Made by a program: the position numbers and the translations under genes. From NCBI GenBank assembly GCA_963709345.1, contig CAVPVX010000001.1, positions 320,001 to 384,000 of the forward strand: a stretch of 64,000 bases of DNA, given 5' to 3'. This stretch comes from an uncultured Actinomycetes bacterium. GTDB lineage: Bacteria > Actinomycetota > Thermoleophilia > UBA2241. Positions 1 through 9,197 of this stretch are shown here, piece by piece; positions within the stretch are counted from its first letter, which is position 1, and every line of letters begins with the position of its first letter. The notes below the pieces were generated by a model that was not told the DNA's origin, made no database searches, and saw only the letters and a program-made list of their open reading frames with translations.

Positions 1-218
1 GCGGTGAGTGAGCTCCGTGGGCCCCAGCGGGCCATGCAGCGACAGGTGCGCGAGCGCCAGGAGCTCGCCTCCCGAGACACCCAGACGATCGCACGTCTCC
101 AGTTCCATCTGCGACATCAGCACGTCGAGTCGGCGCACGGCCATGGCGATGTCCTTCGCCGAGTACCGGCAGCTCGTTCCTCGTCAGGAGCTGCTTCTTC
201 ACCAATGAGTCCCTTCAT
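1..218 (-). CDS. MarR-family transcriptional regulator, truncated by window edge, with a probable 1-nt frameshift near 168
   Basis: Manual minus-strand translation YSAKDIAMAVRRLDVLMSQMELETCDRLGVSGGELLALAHLSLHGPLGPTELTHR is a MarR-like N-terminus. In-frame ATG at 144; ATG at 218 joins if one C is restored. Confidence 0.7.
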
Positions 219-317
219 GATTGAGATACTTCACATGGGGTAATTATACCGCGTCACAGCGTCTCTGTCATCGGCTCTGACGCACAGCAACGACAGCACT
301 CGAAAGGGAGTACCAGA

Positions 318-949
318 ATGAAAGCCTCAGTTCTACCGATACGACGGCCGGCAAGCATCGGCCTTCTCGCACTGGCGCTGGTCCTGGCTATCAGCCTCTT
401 CGTTCTCGTGGCCGCTCCGCAGGCCGACGCGGCGAAGCTCCGCCTCGACGGAATGCGCACGACACTCATAACGGATCCCGGAACCACAGGCGTTCTGTTC
501 GGCGCAGGAATCATCCCGCTCCCCGTCGCGCCCACCGCTGTGGCTCCCAAGGACGACTCCGCCCGCTACCGCTTCCCCATTACCACCGGCAGGGTCGACG
601 CCAAGACGACGGCCGGGTACATCAAGCACTCCGGCGGACTCCTGCTCGCCAGGTACAATGCCGGCTGGACCGCGCTGAAGCTGACCGACTTCCGCATCAA
701 CGTCACCGGTACGCCGAACCTCTCGGCGGTCGTGAATGGTGGCGCCGCGTGGTCATCGCCGATCTCGACCTCGGCAAGGCTGAGATCAAGACCTACACCA
801 AGAAGCATCGCACCTATCGCACCGTGAAGAACGTCGGCGTCACTCTCAACGCCACGGCGATGGGCGCCATCAACGGCACCTTCGGCACCGCCCTGCCCGA
901 CAACGTCTTGCTCGGCACGGCGAATGTCTGGGCCCGGGTCGCTCGCTGA
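318..949 (+). CDS. Secreted beta-rich HtaA-like protein, split by a 1-nt frameshift at ~746
   Basis: Signal peptide (..AAPQADA), FPITTG..G.IKHSGGL motif. ORF 318..827 continues naturally into frame 749..949 (VNGGA[R]VVIADLDL). Confidence 0.6.
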
Positions 950-983
950 CCTCGGTGAAAGCCGCAAGACAGGATTGGTGACT

Positions 984-1022
984 GGAGAGGGGCGGGGGCC
1001 GGAAGGGCCTCCCGCCCCCTCC
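984..1022 (+). terminator. GC-rich hairpin, probable intrinsic terminator
   Basis: GGAGAGGGGCGGGGGCC-GGAA-GGGCCTCCCGCCCCCTCC, an imperfect inverted repeat 35 nt after the stop codon. Confidence 0.55.
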
Positions 1023-1186
1023 GTTGGCACGGTCGTTCGAGCAGCGCCGAGAGACTGGAGGCGATGCGGGGCCGCGAGACGACGCAGAATCCGGTCTCCT
1101 CTGCCGCCTCCGGCGTTCGCACGAAGCCGGACTCGACCCCGTGCCGATTCCCAGCCGACAGCCCCGGCCCAAGCGCCCTGGGCGCC

Positions 1187-1375
1187 TCATAGCTCCGTGA
1201 GGCAGAGCCTCCAGAAGGCCCTCCACCGATCCGCACCGGCACTGCCGAGCAGCCTGCCGTGCTCGACTCCGACCACTGATGCCTCGCCACCCCGCTTGGC
1301 CGTGACGGATTCGGTCACCTTGGAGCCGTCGACCAGTCGAGCACGCCAGTACCTCCACTTCTCGGCACGGCTCAT
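1187..1375 (-). CDS. Small hypothetical protein, or C-terminal fragment of an SRPBCC-like protein
   Basis: MSRAEKWRYWRARLVDGSKV...VEHGRL...WRAFWR, with purine-rich RBS (GAGGAAGAG). Confidence 0.35.
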   Translation of the reverse strand: MSRAEKWRYWRARLVDGSKVTESVTAKRGGEASVVGVEHGRLLGSAGADRWRAFWRLCLTEL

Positions 1376-1454
1376 GCCCGGCTCTTCCTCAAGCGGCACG
1401 CCGGCGGGCGCGGGCAGCCCGGATCGCCGGCGGCCGTACGAGTCAGCTCCCGGG

Positions 1455-2015
1455 CTACCCCCCGGAACCGTTCGCGGGCCACCGCCGCGACTCGTCCGCC
1501 AGCACTCGCCGGAGTTCGGCGAAGAAGCGCTCCCTGGCGCGCTCCGTGCGCACCGCTTCACCGGCGGACAGAGACATCTGATCCTTGAAGCGGTGCGCTT
1601 CCGGCTCGACCTGCAGAACGTACGAGTTCACCCACTGATCCCAGAACCAGTCGGCCGACCCGAGCTGCAGGTACGCCGGGTCCGCCGAAGATATCCGCGA
1701 CAGCCTGTCGAGGAACGCCCGTCCGCGATCGCTGTTCTCGATGCAGAAGGCGATGTAGGCGATTCGATACCGCACCGAGCCCGCGTGTCCATCGGGAATC
1801 GCAGCCACACTGTGCTCGTCCTGCCCCGGCGAAGTCAAGAAGTGACCGTAGCAGGCCTGCAGGGTGAAGCAGTGAGGCAAAGCCGCGAACGCCTGGACGA
1901 CGTCGACGATCGGGCCGTCGAGGTCGCTCTGATCCGAGTCGCCCAGGACCGCCCGCCGTTCTTCGACGTATCCGTTGGTCGCCACCAGCTGCCTGGGCTC
2001 GGTGAAGGTCTCCAA
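1455..2015 (-). CDS. Hypothetical protein (D-x-PI...T-x-x-x-C-x-GH motif)
   Basis: 186-aa ORF with normal globular composition and GC3-biased codons. Confidence 0.7.
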   Translation of the reverse strand: METFTEPRQLVATNGYVEERRAVLGDSDQSDLDGPIVDVVQAFAALPHCFTLQACYGHFLTSPGQDEHSVAAIPDGHAGSVRYRIAYIAFCIENSDRGRAFLDRLSRISSADPAYLQLGSADWFWDQWVNSYVLQVEPEAHRFKDQMSLSAGEAVRTERARERFFAELRRVLADESRRWPANGSGG

Positions 2016-2333
2016 GGATCCTGTGCCCTCTCAGCGTTGCGTCGGCGGCTGCGCGTCGCGGTGCCGGACAAGACCGGCGGGGGGAGGGGCGCTCGACACA
2101 TGCGTCTGCAGAACGCCGGCCCTGGTGTCAGCGTCCGGAGGCCAGCCCGATCCGGCATCCGTCGCCGGCCTTGGTCGTCTTGTCCTCCGGGTCATGACAG
2201 ACATGCCGCACACACTACCGCATCAAGAGCTCGGGTTGCGCCCGGTGGCAGGCCGACGAGCGTGCTTGCCCGGCGCAACGGCACTTGCGCATGGAGAGGC
2301 GCACTCCACGGAGACGCTCGCGGGCAGCGGGAT

Positions 2334-2915
2334 CTACGATTTCGCCGCGACCACCGTCAGATGGTAGGGCAGCTCCGATCCGGACTCACGGGCCTCGATC
2401 TCATGGAGGCCCATCGCCGCGACCAGATGGCGAACAGCCGTCAGACCGAGCACATGGTCTACGGGCGGCCCGACGGGTCGTTCACGGTCGTCCCAGTCGA
2501 GCACGATGAAGAGGCCGCCGGGACGCAGCAACCGCACGACCTCGGCAAGAGCCTCCGGCTGATCGTGCAGGTGATGCAGGACGTCGACCATGAGGACCCT
2601 GTCGGCCGCGCCGTCGGCCGCGTCCACGGAATTCGAATCCGTCTCCACGATCCTCACCCTTGCGGCAAGATCCGGCGTCAGCCTCTTGCGCAGCACGTCT
2701 GAGAGCTCGGGGAGCGCCTCGACGGCGATCACGCGGCCCTGCGGCAGAGCCGCCGCGACGGCTGAGGTGTACACACCCGTGCCAGCGCCGTAGTCGACAA
2801 CGGTCTCGTCGCCCATGAGCCGAAGCAACGAGACCACGGCCGACGGGGGCAGAGCCTCGAGCCTCGCCGGGTCCGAGAGCCTGCCACCGTGCTTCGGGTC
2901 GAACGCGTCCGCCAT
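2334..2915 (-). CDS. Class I SAM-dependent methyltransferase
   Basis: VVDYGAGTG motif I, ..LRPGG.. motif, C-terminal GPP motif; ATG overlaps the OsmC stop. Confidence 0.85.
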   Translation of the reverse strand: MADAFDPKHGGRLSDPARLEALPPSAVVSLLRLMGDETVVDYGAGTGVYTSAVAAALPQGRVIAVEALPELSDVLRKRLTPDLAARVRIVETDSNSVDAADGAADRVLMVDVLHHLHDQPEALAEVVRLLRPGGLFIVLDWDDRERPVGPPVDHVLGLTAVRHLVAAMGLHEIEARESGSELPYHLTVVAAKS

Positions 2916-3325
2916 CAGGCGTCCGCCACGGCCGTGGCGACGGTCGTGATGTCGAACTCCGGTGGCTGATGCAGGTGCTTCTTGACGGCACAGAGGTTCA
3001 TCGCGTTGATCACGGCGGAGCGATACTTCTCCGGGAATCCGGCGGGCAATTCCAACTCGAGGTCGATCCTGTCGATGAGGCCGGCTGCCGGATCGAAATG
3101 CTGGCGCATCGTGATCTTCGAGCCCTCCGGGTCGATGCCGCGCTGCTGCATGAAGCCCAGCGCGTAGATTCCCGCACACGTCCCGATGGAGGCCAGGAAC
3201 AGGTCGAACGGGGCGGGTGCGGATTCGTCGCCTCCTCCGCGCTCCGGCTGGTCGGTCGCGATGGTGAATCCGTTGTAGTCGGCATAGACGCGCTTGCCGC
3301 CCGGGAAGTAGATCTGCATGTCCAT
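2915..3325 (-). CDS. OsmC-family protein
   Basis: TDQP..GGG..SAPAPFDLFLASIGTC ... NLCAVKKHL; both catalytic Cys present. Confidence 0.9.
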   Translation of the reverse strand: MDMQIYFPGGKRVYADYNGFTIATDQPERGGGDESAPAPFDLFLASIGTCAGIYALGFMQQRGIDPEGSKITMRQHFDPAAGLIDRIDLELELPAGFPEKYRSAVINAMNLCAVKKHLHQPPEFDITTVATAVADA

Positions 3326-3382
3326 GGTCGGTCCCTTTCCTGCGCACACGCTCGGTCTCTCACTACGGTCGTCACTTGAAGT

Positions 3383-3414
3383 TTGCCATGTTGCGAAATT
3401 TCGAAACTTGGCAA
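3383..3414. promoter_or_regulatory. 32-bp imperfect palindrome, probable ArsR operator between divergent genes
   Basis: TTGCCATGTTGCGAAA|TTTCGAAACTTGGCAA, 14/16 symmetric, AT-rich, 10 nt upstream of the arsR ATG. Confidence 0.7.
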
Positions 3415-3424
3415 TACTGCACTC

Positions 3425-3772
3425 ATGACTGCTCGCCACACGCCTGTCGACCGCCAACGCTGCGCCATCCACGCCGCAGTGTTCTCTGCGCTCGCGAATC
3501 CCACGCGTCACGAACTCATGCACCACCTCTGCGAGGCGCCCCGGACGCCGAGCGATCTGGCCAGACTCCTGGAGGTGAGCCGACCCAATGTCTCGCAGCA
3601 TCTCGCCGTACTGCAGCATGTCGGCCTTGTGACGCGCACGCGCGAGGGCGGGCACGTGCTCTGGCACGTCATCGACCCGCGCCTCTCGGAGGCGTGCACC
3701 CTCATCGACGAGATCCTCGGCCACGAACTCGCGCTTCGCGCCCACGCCCTCGAGCCCTCTTCGACCAGATAA
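3425..3772 (+). CDS. ArsR/SmtB-family transcriptional regulator
   Basis: FSALANPTR ... SRPNVSQHLAVL..GLV...REG motifs. Confidence 0.9.
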   Translation: MTARHTPVDRQRCAIHAAVFSALANPTRHELMHHLCEAPRTPSDLARLLEVSRPNVSQHLAVLQHVGLVTRTREGGHVLWHVIDPRLSEACTLIDEILGHELALRAHALEPSSTR

Positions 3773-3790
3773 CCGTCCCGGAGACCCAGC

Positions 3791-3988
3791 ATGATCACCG
3801 TCAACGAGTACGCCTGCCCCAAGAACCATCCGTGCCCTGCAGTGCGCTACTGCCCTGAGGGCGCCATCACCCAAGACGACATCCACTCGGCGCCACACGT
3901 CGATCACGACCTCTGCACGGACTGCGGCGCCTGCACCAGCGTCTGCCGCGTGTTCGGGCAGGTGCCGGACGCGGTCGGGGTGCGCTGA
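3791..3988 (+). CDS. Small 4Fe-4S ferredoxin-type protein
   Basis: CPKNHPCPAVRYCP and CTDCGACTSVC motifs. Confidence 0.85.
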   Translation: MITVNEYACPKNHPCPAVRYCPEGAITQDDIHSAPHVDHDLCTDCGACTSVCRVFGQVPDAVGVR

Positions 3989-4197
3989 TGGCCCATATCG
4001 ATCTCGTCTGCCGCGACTGCGGCCACCGCTTTGAGGTAGTGACGCGCATCGCGATCCGCGAGAAGCAGAAGCACTGCCCCGAATGCCGCTCGCAGAATGT
4101 GCGGCAGACGATGGCCGGCTTCTTCAGGAACGGCCCGCTGTCAGACCCGTCGTGCGGCGCCCCTCAGCGCAGCAGCGGGTACGGCTGAGGCTGCTGA
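3988..4197 (+). CDS. FmdB-family zinc-ribbon protein (ends at 4188, or at 4197 if UGA is read as Sec)
   Basis: CRDC...F.....CPEC zinc ribbon; 3' end reads GGC TGA GGC TGC TGA. Confidence 0.8.
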
Positions 4198-4230
4198 CCC
4201 GCGGCGCGGTCGCGCCGCAACGCAGAAGCC
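4189..4230 (+). promoter_or_regulatory. Candidate bacterial SECIS hairpin
   Basis: Upper stem GCGGCGC-GGTC-GCGCCGC (4201-4218) begins 12 nt after the UGA; lower pairing GGCU/AGCC and CUG/CAG. Confidence 0.45.
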
Positions 4231-4413
4231 CGGATGGTCCAGAGACCCTCCGCTCCCGGGCCGTGAGGTGCGCGGTCGACGCCGGGACAGAGTGCCCAGA
4301 AGCACCTCCCGCATAGCGTCGAGACCCTCGATCACGCGTTCGTCGGCGAGGGAAAGTCGAATCGTGACGGCCCCAGCGCACGCGACAGACCAGCGACCAG
4401 CGACCAGCGACCA

Positions 4414-5568
4414 CTACAGGCTATTCGTCACGTACTCGGATTCACATGGTTGCCCGCAGGCGATGTGGGCGAGGCCCTCAGCCGGCTCCCACACCATGCT
4501 GACCGTGGTCACGCTTTGACCCTGGTCCGGGTCATCGTCGTCCCAGTGAGAACAGATGCTGAACGGCGCGTCGGCGTGGTCGCTGAGCACAGCCTTCCCG
4601 AGCTCGACGAGATCGGCGCCGGCTGCGACACCGGCCGCGAGCAGTTCGGTGGCGCGAGCACGGCGAAGCGGCGAACCCTCTGACCCGGTGGCGTCACCCA
4701 GCGCCAGCTCCGGCGACACGTAGTGATTCGTGTGCGCGAAGAGCTCGCCGCCGTCGATGAACACCCAGCGCTCCCCGGTCGTCTCCAGGTCCCACACACG
4801 TCCGCCCGCGTCGCACAGAAGGTGGTTCGAGCCTCGCGCTCTCGGCGACCCCGCGATCAGGTCGCGGGCGCGCTCCAGGTCGGGCTGCTCGAGCACGGCG
4901 GCGAGCAGGCAGTTGTTCGGTACGCCGACACGCTCGTCTCTGTAGTACACGGTGTTGGCGGCTGAAGCCAGGCCGTGCAGGCTGACGCCGGTGATCGGCA
5001 GGCTGTAGGCGGCGCCCACGCTGAGGTACGAAGCCGCGCCGCCCGGCACGCCGGACCCCACGACGCGGACCTTGCGGACCACGAGGCCCTCGACGTCTTC
5101 GGGGTACCAATCCTCGTTGTGACCGGAGACGACGCGCCCGCCGACGACGACGGCGAACGAAGTGCAGTGATCGGGTGACGGACGGATGCGACCGTCGCGC
5201 CTGGCTTCTGGGACGCCCGCGCCCGACCCACCGCCGGCTGCGCCGCCTTTCTCCGGCCAGACCCGGTCGGCCGCGCAGGTGAACTCCTCGCTGCAGTTGA
5301 GGGCGAACAGGTGCTGAAAGGGAGCGTTCGCGCCCTCCGCAAGGCCGCGGATCTGGTCGACGGCCTGCGGGACGTAGTTCCTCGCAGGCCGCAGATACGC
5401 CCGCGAGCGATCGGCCGCTTCCGCGAAGCCGAAACCAGCGTACAGGGGCAGGCGCTCCTCATAGGCGGCGAGGCCCTGCGCGACGAGGTCGCGCGCCGCC
5501 TCGCCGATCTGCCGCCCCACCTCACGGTGCGTGCCCGAAGCTTCGATGACTGGAGGACGATGGCTCAT
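4414..5568 (-). CDS. Peptidase C45-family Ntn hydrolase/acyltransferase
   Basis: G...EVGRQIG, DHCTSF (nucleophile Cys), HNEDW and AHTNHY motifs. Confidence 0.85.
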   Translation of the reverse strand: MSHRPPVIEASGTHREVGRQIGEAARDLVAQGLAAYEERLPLYAGFGFAEAADRSRAYLRPARNYVPQAVDQIRGLAEGANAPFQHLFALNCSEEFTCAADRVWPEKGGAAGGGSGAGVPEARRDGRIRPSPDHCTSFAVVVGGRVVSGHNEDWYPEDVEGLVVRKVRVVGSGVPGGAASYLSVGAAYSLPITGVSLHGLASAANTVYYRDERVGVPNNCLLAAVLEQPDLERARDLIAGSPRARGSNHLLCDAGGRVWDLETTGERWVFIDGGELFAHTNHYVSPELALGDATGSEGSPLRRARATELLAAGVAAGADLVELGKAVLSDHADAPFSICSHWDDDDPDQGQSVTTVSMVWEPAEGLAHIACGQPCESEYVTNSL

Positions 5569-5741
5569 GGTCCGGCCATCCTTACATGCCCGCAGTGTCC
5601 TTGCACAGGTCGGTCCGGCTCGAGTCTCGGCACCGGGGACACGATGTTCGACGATCGGCGACCAGTCTCCCCGGGTAGTGCCGCTTGTCAGGTGTTCGGC
5701 GACGGCGATTCGGACTCGGAGCAGCGGGGAATCTCGGTGCC

Positions 5742-7646
5742 ATGGACGGAGACCGTGGATTTCGCTTCTCGCCGCGCCCCAACAGAGCCGCCGAGATCAA
5801 ATGGAGACCGTGGGGCGAGCCCGCCTTCGCGGAGGCTCGCCGTCTCGGGCGCCCCGTGCTTCTCTCGCTCTCGGCCGTCTGGTGTCACTGGTGCCACGTC
5901 ATGGACGAGACGAGCTACTCCGACCCGCGAGTGATCGCCGCGATCAACGAGCGCTTCGTTCCTATCCGCGTTGACAACGACCGCCATCCCGACGTGAACC
6001 GCCGGTACAACATGGGCGGCTGGCCGACCACCGTGTTCCTTGCCGCCAGCGGCGACGTCCTCACCGGCGGCACGTACCTGCCCCCCGACCAGATGCTCGA
6101 GAGCCTGGCCCGCGTCAAGGAGTTCTTCGATGCCAATCAGACGGCCGTCCTGGCGCTCGAGGCCACGAGACGGGCCCACGTCGCCGACACCGCCGCAGCG
6201 TCGAGGCAGATGGGCGGCCTCCCGCTCAGTCACGAGAAGGCCCTCGGCGCGTTCGGCGGCGACCCCGACGTACCGGGCGACATCTGCGCCGAGGTCGCCC
6301 TGCAGATCGTACGCGGCTTCGACCCCGTGCACGGAGGCCTGGGCGCCGACCCCAAGTTCCCGCAGCCGGACGTCTTCGGCTTCGCGCTCGCGTACGGCAT
6401 CCTCCGCGGCGACGACCCCGAGCATGTGGCGCGGGGCAGTAGCGCGCTACTGCGCCCCTCACGCGTGCACGAGGTCGTGCGGGTGACCCTGACCTCCATG
6501 GCCGCGGGCGGCGTATACGACCACGTTGCCGGCGGGTTCTACCGGTACTCCACCCAGCGTGACTGGGGCGTGCCACACTACGAGAAGATGCTGGAGGACA
6601 ACGCCCGGCTCGCGCACCTCTACGCCGACGCCGCACTCGCGGCCCGCGGCAACGACCTCGGTGATGAGGCCCTCTACCGGCGCACCGTCGAAGAGGTCGT
6701 GGACTACCTGCTTGCGGCCCTGTGGCGCGGAGACGTGCCGGCGTTCGCCGGCAGCCAGGACGCCGACGAAGAATACTACCTGCTCAGCACCGACGGCCGC
6801 GCGGCGCTGCCGGATCCCTTCGTCGACCCGACCGTGTACGTGGACTGGAACGCGCTCGCCGCCCGGGCGCTGCTCCGGGCGGCCCCCATTCTCGAGCGTC
6901 CGGAACTGGTCGATCGCGCCCTGGAGTTGCTCGAGTATCTGCTGGCGACGGCGCGGCGCGGTGATGCCATGGCCCACTTCCTGCTGCCCGACGGCACGGC
7001 GGGTGACGGCGCCCCGCTCCTGACCGACCAGGTCGGCGTAGCGGCCGCGCTCCTCGACGCGTACGAGGTGACTGCCGAGCGACGCTGGCTGCAGCGCGCG
7101 CAGGCCCTCGCCGGCTGGGCCGGCGAGCATCTGCGCGCGCCCGACGGCCGTCTGCACGACCGTCTGGCAACGCCGGGCGAGAGCGCCGGCCTCTTGGCCA
7201 CCCCCGTCCCGGCGATCGACGAGAACGGCTTGGCGGCGGAGGTGTTCCTGCGTCTCGAGGCCTACACAGCCGAGGCGCGCCATCGCGAGAGCGCCCTCGA
7301 GATCCTCGCCGCCTGGGCGACGCACTACGAGCACCACGGCGTGGCCGCGGCGCCGTACGCACAGGCGCTCCTCCGTTACCTGGAGCGTCCCGACCACATC
7401 GTCGTGGTCGGGGGACGCGACGACCCTCGAGCCCAGCGTCTACACACAGCCGCGCTCACCTCACCGCGTCCGTTGCGCACGGTACAGTGGCTCGACCCCG
7501 CCGACGCGGCGGACGCAAGGCGTGCCCGCAGCGCCGGCCTGCTCCCCGCGGCGGATGGGGAGCCCGGCGCCGATGAAGCCGCGGGCCCGCCCGAGATCGC
7601 TGCGTACGTCTGTCGCGGCACGGCCTGCTCTCGGTTCGAAGCGTGA
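5742..7646 (+). CDS. YyaL/SPATA20-family thioredoxin-domain protein (DUF255)
   Basis: WCHWCHVMD, GGWPTT, PKFP, DHVAGGFYRYS..W.VPHYEKML.DNA and AYVC motifs. Confidence 0.9.
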   Translation: MDGDRGFRFSPRPNRAAEIKWRPWGEPAFAEARRLGRPVLLSLSAVWCHWCHVMDETSYSDPRVIAAINERFVPIRVDNDRHPDVNRRYNMGGWPTTVFLAASGDVLTGGTYLPPDQMLESLARVKEFFDANQTAVLALEATRRAHVADTAAASRQMGGLPLSHEKALGAFGGDPDVPGDICAEVALQIVRGFDPVHGGLGADPKFPQPDVFGFALAYGILRGDDPEHVARGSSALLRPSRVHEVVRVTLTSMAAGGVYDHVAGGFYRYSTQRDWGVPHYEKMLEDNARLAHLYADAALAARGNDLGDEALYRRTVEEVVDYLLAALWRGDVPAFAGSQDADEEYYLLSTDGRAALPDPFVDPTVYVDWNALAARALLRAAPILERPELVDRALELLEYLLATARRGDAMAHFLLPDGTAGDGAPLLTDQVGVAAALLDAYEVTAERRWLQRAQALAGWAGEHLRAPDGRLHDRLATPGESAGLLATPVPAIDENGLAAEVFLRLEAYTAEARHRESALEILAAWATHYEHHGVAAAPYAQALLRYLERPDHIVVVGGRDDPRAQRLHTAALTSPRPLRTVQWLDPADAADARRARSAGLLPAADGEPGADEAAGPPEIAAYVCRGTACSRFEA

Positions 7647-7736
7647 AGCGGTCCCGGCGGACGCTCGGCCCTTGAGCGCTCGCCGTTTTGCGATGAACCG
7701 GCTCATGATGATGCAGACGACCGTCACGGAGGCCCG

Positions 7737-8372
7737 ATGATCACGCTCTACCAGGTTGAGTGGTGCCCCTCCTGCCACCGCGTGCGGCAGGTCCTGACCG
7801 AACTCGGTCTGACGTACCTCGCAGTCAACGTCGCGGCCGACCGTAACGCGCGTGCGGAGCTCGTGGCCCTCGCCGACCAGTCCGGCGTTCCCGTGCTGAC
7901 GGATGGCGACAGGATCTACGGCGATTCCGACGAGATCATCGCGTACCTCGGAGCCACGTACCCGCCCCCCGCGGACGCCGGCGAGCACACCGCACACGGC
8001 GCCTGGCGCGCCGTCAGCGCCGTGTCGCTGGCGCCGCGCGCCGCCCTCGCCCGCCTCAAGGACCTGCTGCAGCAGAACGGCTTCAAGGTGATCGCCCAGG
8101 TCAAGGGCCCAAAGATCAGCGAGCGGCTGCCCAGGGACTACGCGCTGCTTCAGGTCGCGGTGCCGGTCGCGGCCGTGAAGGCCGTGGAAGTCGACCCCAT
8201 GGCGCCGACAGCGGTGCTGCTGCCGCTCGCAGTGGTCCCGACCCAAGACGGCAACAGCGTGATCGCCGCTGCCGACCCCGTAGGTCAGGTGTGGCTGTTC
8301 GGCGAGCCCGAGCTCAACAAGGTGCAGGCGGCCGTCAAGAAGCGGCTGTCCGAGGTGCTGAAGGGACTGTGA
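7737..8372 (+). CDS. Glutaredoxin/GST-N domain fused to a DUF302-like domain
   Basis: LYQVEWCPSC...GVPVL.D....DS.EII.YL, followed by L...GFKVIAQV...A....LLPL.V...AADP. Confidence 0.75.
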   Translation: MITLYQVEWCPSCHRVRQVLTELGLTYLAVNVAADRNARAELVALADQSGVPVLTDGDRIYGDSDEIIAYLGATYPPPADAGEHTAHGAWRAVSAVSLAPRAALARLKDLLQQNGFKVIAQVKGPKISERLPRDYALLQVAVPVAAVKAVEVDPMAPTAVLLPLAVVPTQDGNSVIAAADPVGQVWLFGEPELNKVQAAVKKRLSEVLKGL

Positions 8373-8381
8373 GCCCGTCGC

Positions 8382-9197
8382 TCATCCCCAGCGATACACC
8401 CGCAGGCTGAGCACGCCGGCGACGACGGCGACCACAGCAAGCACAATGGCGGCGGTCCAGTCCCACGTGCCGCCACTCCAGGCGCCCTGCAACAGATCGA
8501 CGCCGTACGTGAGCGGCAGGAAGTCACCGATCCTCTTCATCGTGTCGCTCATCACCTCCATGGGCACGGAGGCTCCGCTCAGGAACAGCATCACGAAGAA
8601 GAGCATCAGGCCCGCGCCTTGGGCGGCGCGCGGGCTGGGCATCACCGCCCCGAGCAGCGTACCGATGGCCGCGAAGGCTGCCGTGCAGAGCACGAACCCG
8701 GCCGCCAGCAGGCCGAGGGAGTCCGGGAAGTGCACCGGGTAGAAGGCGGCCGCGAACGCGGCGACCAACACCGCGCCGATCACGCCGAGCACCAAGGCCG
8801 CCAGCACCTGCGAGCCGAGGACGGACCAGATGGGCACGAGCGAAGCCCGGAAACGGCGGAGCACCCCCCCGCTGCGATAGTCGGTGAGCCGGGCGGGAAG
8901 CATGATCACGCCCACGGACATCGTCACTACGGCGATGTAGGCCGGCGCGTAGTAGTTCATCGCACCCGCCCCCGCGAACACCCGGTCGTCGGTAGCGCCG
9001 GGCTGGTTCCCGAACACTTCGCCCAGCACGAACATCAGCACTACCGGAAAGGCAAACGTGAACACGATCGTCATGGGCTCGCGCAAGAAGAGCTTGAGCT
9101 CGATCCACGTGAGCTTGAGCAGGACCTTCAGACCGCCGGGATGACGGATGCGGCGCCCGGCGCCGCCGGCATGAGGCATGCCGCTGCGGAGCGGCAT
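8382..9197 (-). CDS. ABC-2 type exporter permease
   Basis: ELKLFLREP, multiple TM segments, FLSGA..P, LPLTY. Confidence 0.85.
   Translation of the reverse strand: MPLRSGMPHAGGAGRRIRHPGGLKVLLKLTWIELKLFLREPMTIVFTFAFPVVLMFVLGEVFGNQPGATDDRVFAGAGAMNYYAPAYIAVVTMSVGVIMLPARLTDYRSGGVLRRFRASLVPIWSVLGSQVLAALVLGVIGAVLVAAFAAAFYPVHFPDSLGLLAAGFVLCTAAFAAIGTLLGAVMPSPRAAQGAGLMLFFVMLFLSGASVPMEVMSDTMKRIGDFLPLTYGVDLLQGAWSGGTWDWTAAIVLAVVAVVAGVLSLRVYRWG

Noticed and set aside
924-2702. 592-aa plus-strand ORF and many other long Arg/Pro-rich ORFs (e.g. 25526-27205, 54581-56929, 60055-61656)
   Set aside because: Shadow frames of real genes in high-GC DNA; no motifs.
4388-4413. Tandem heptamer GACCAGC (about 3.7 copies)
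   Set aside because: Short intergenic microsatellite with no spacers; not CRISPR and no evident function.
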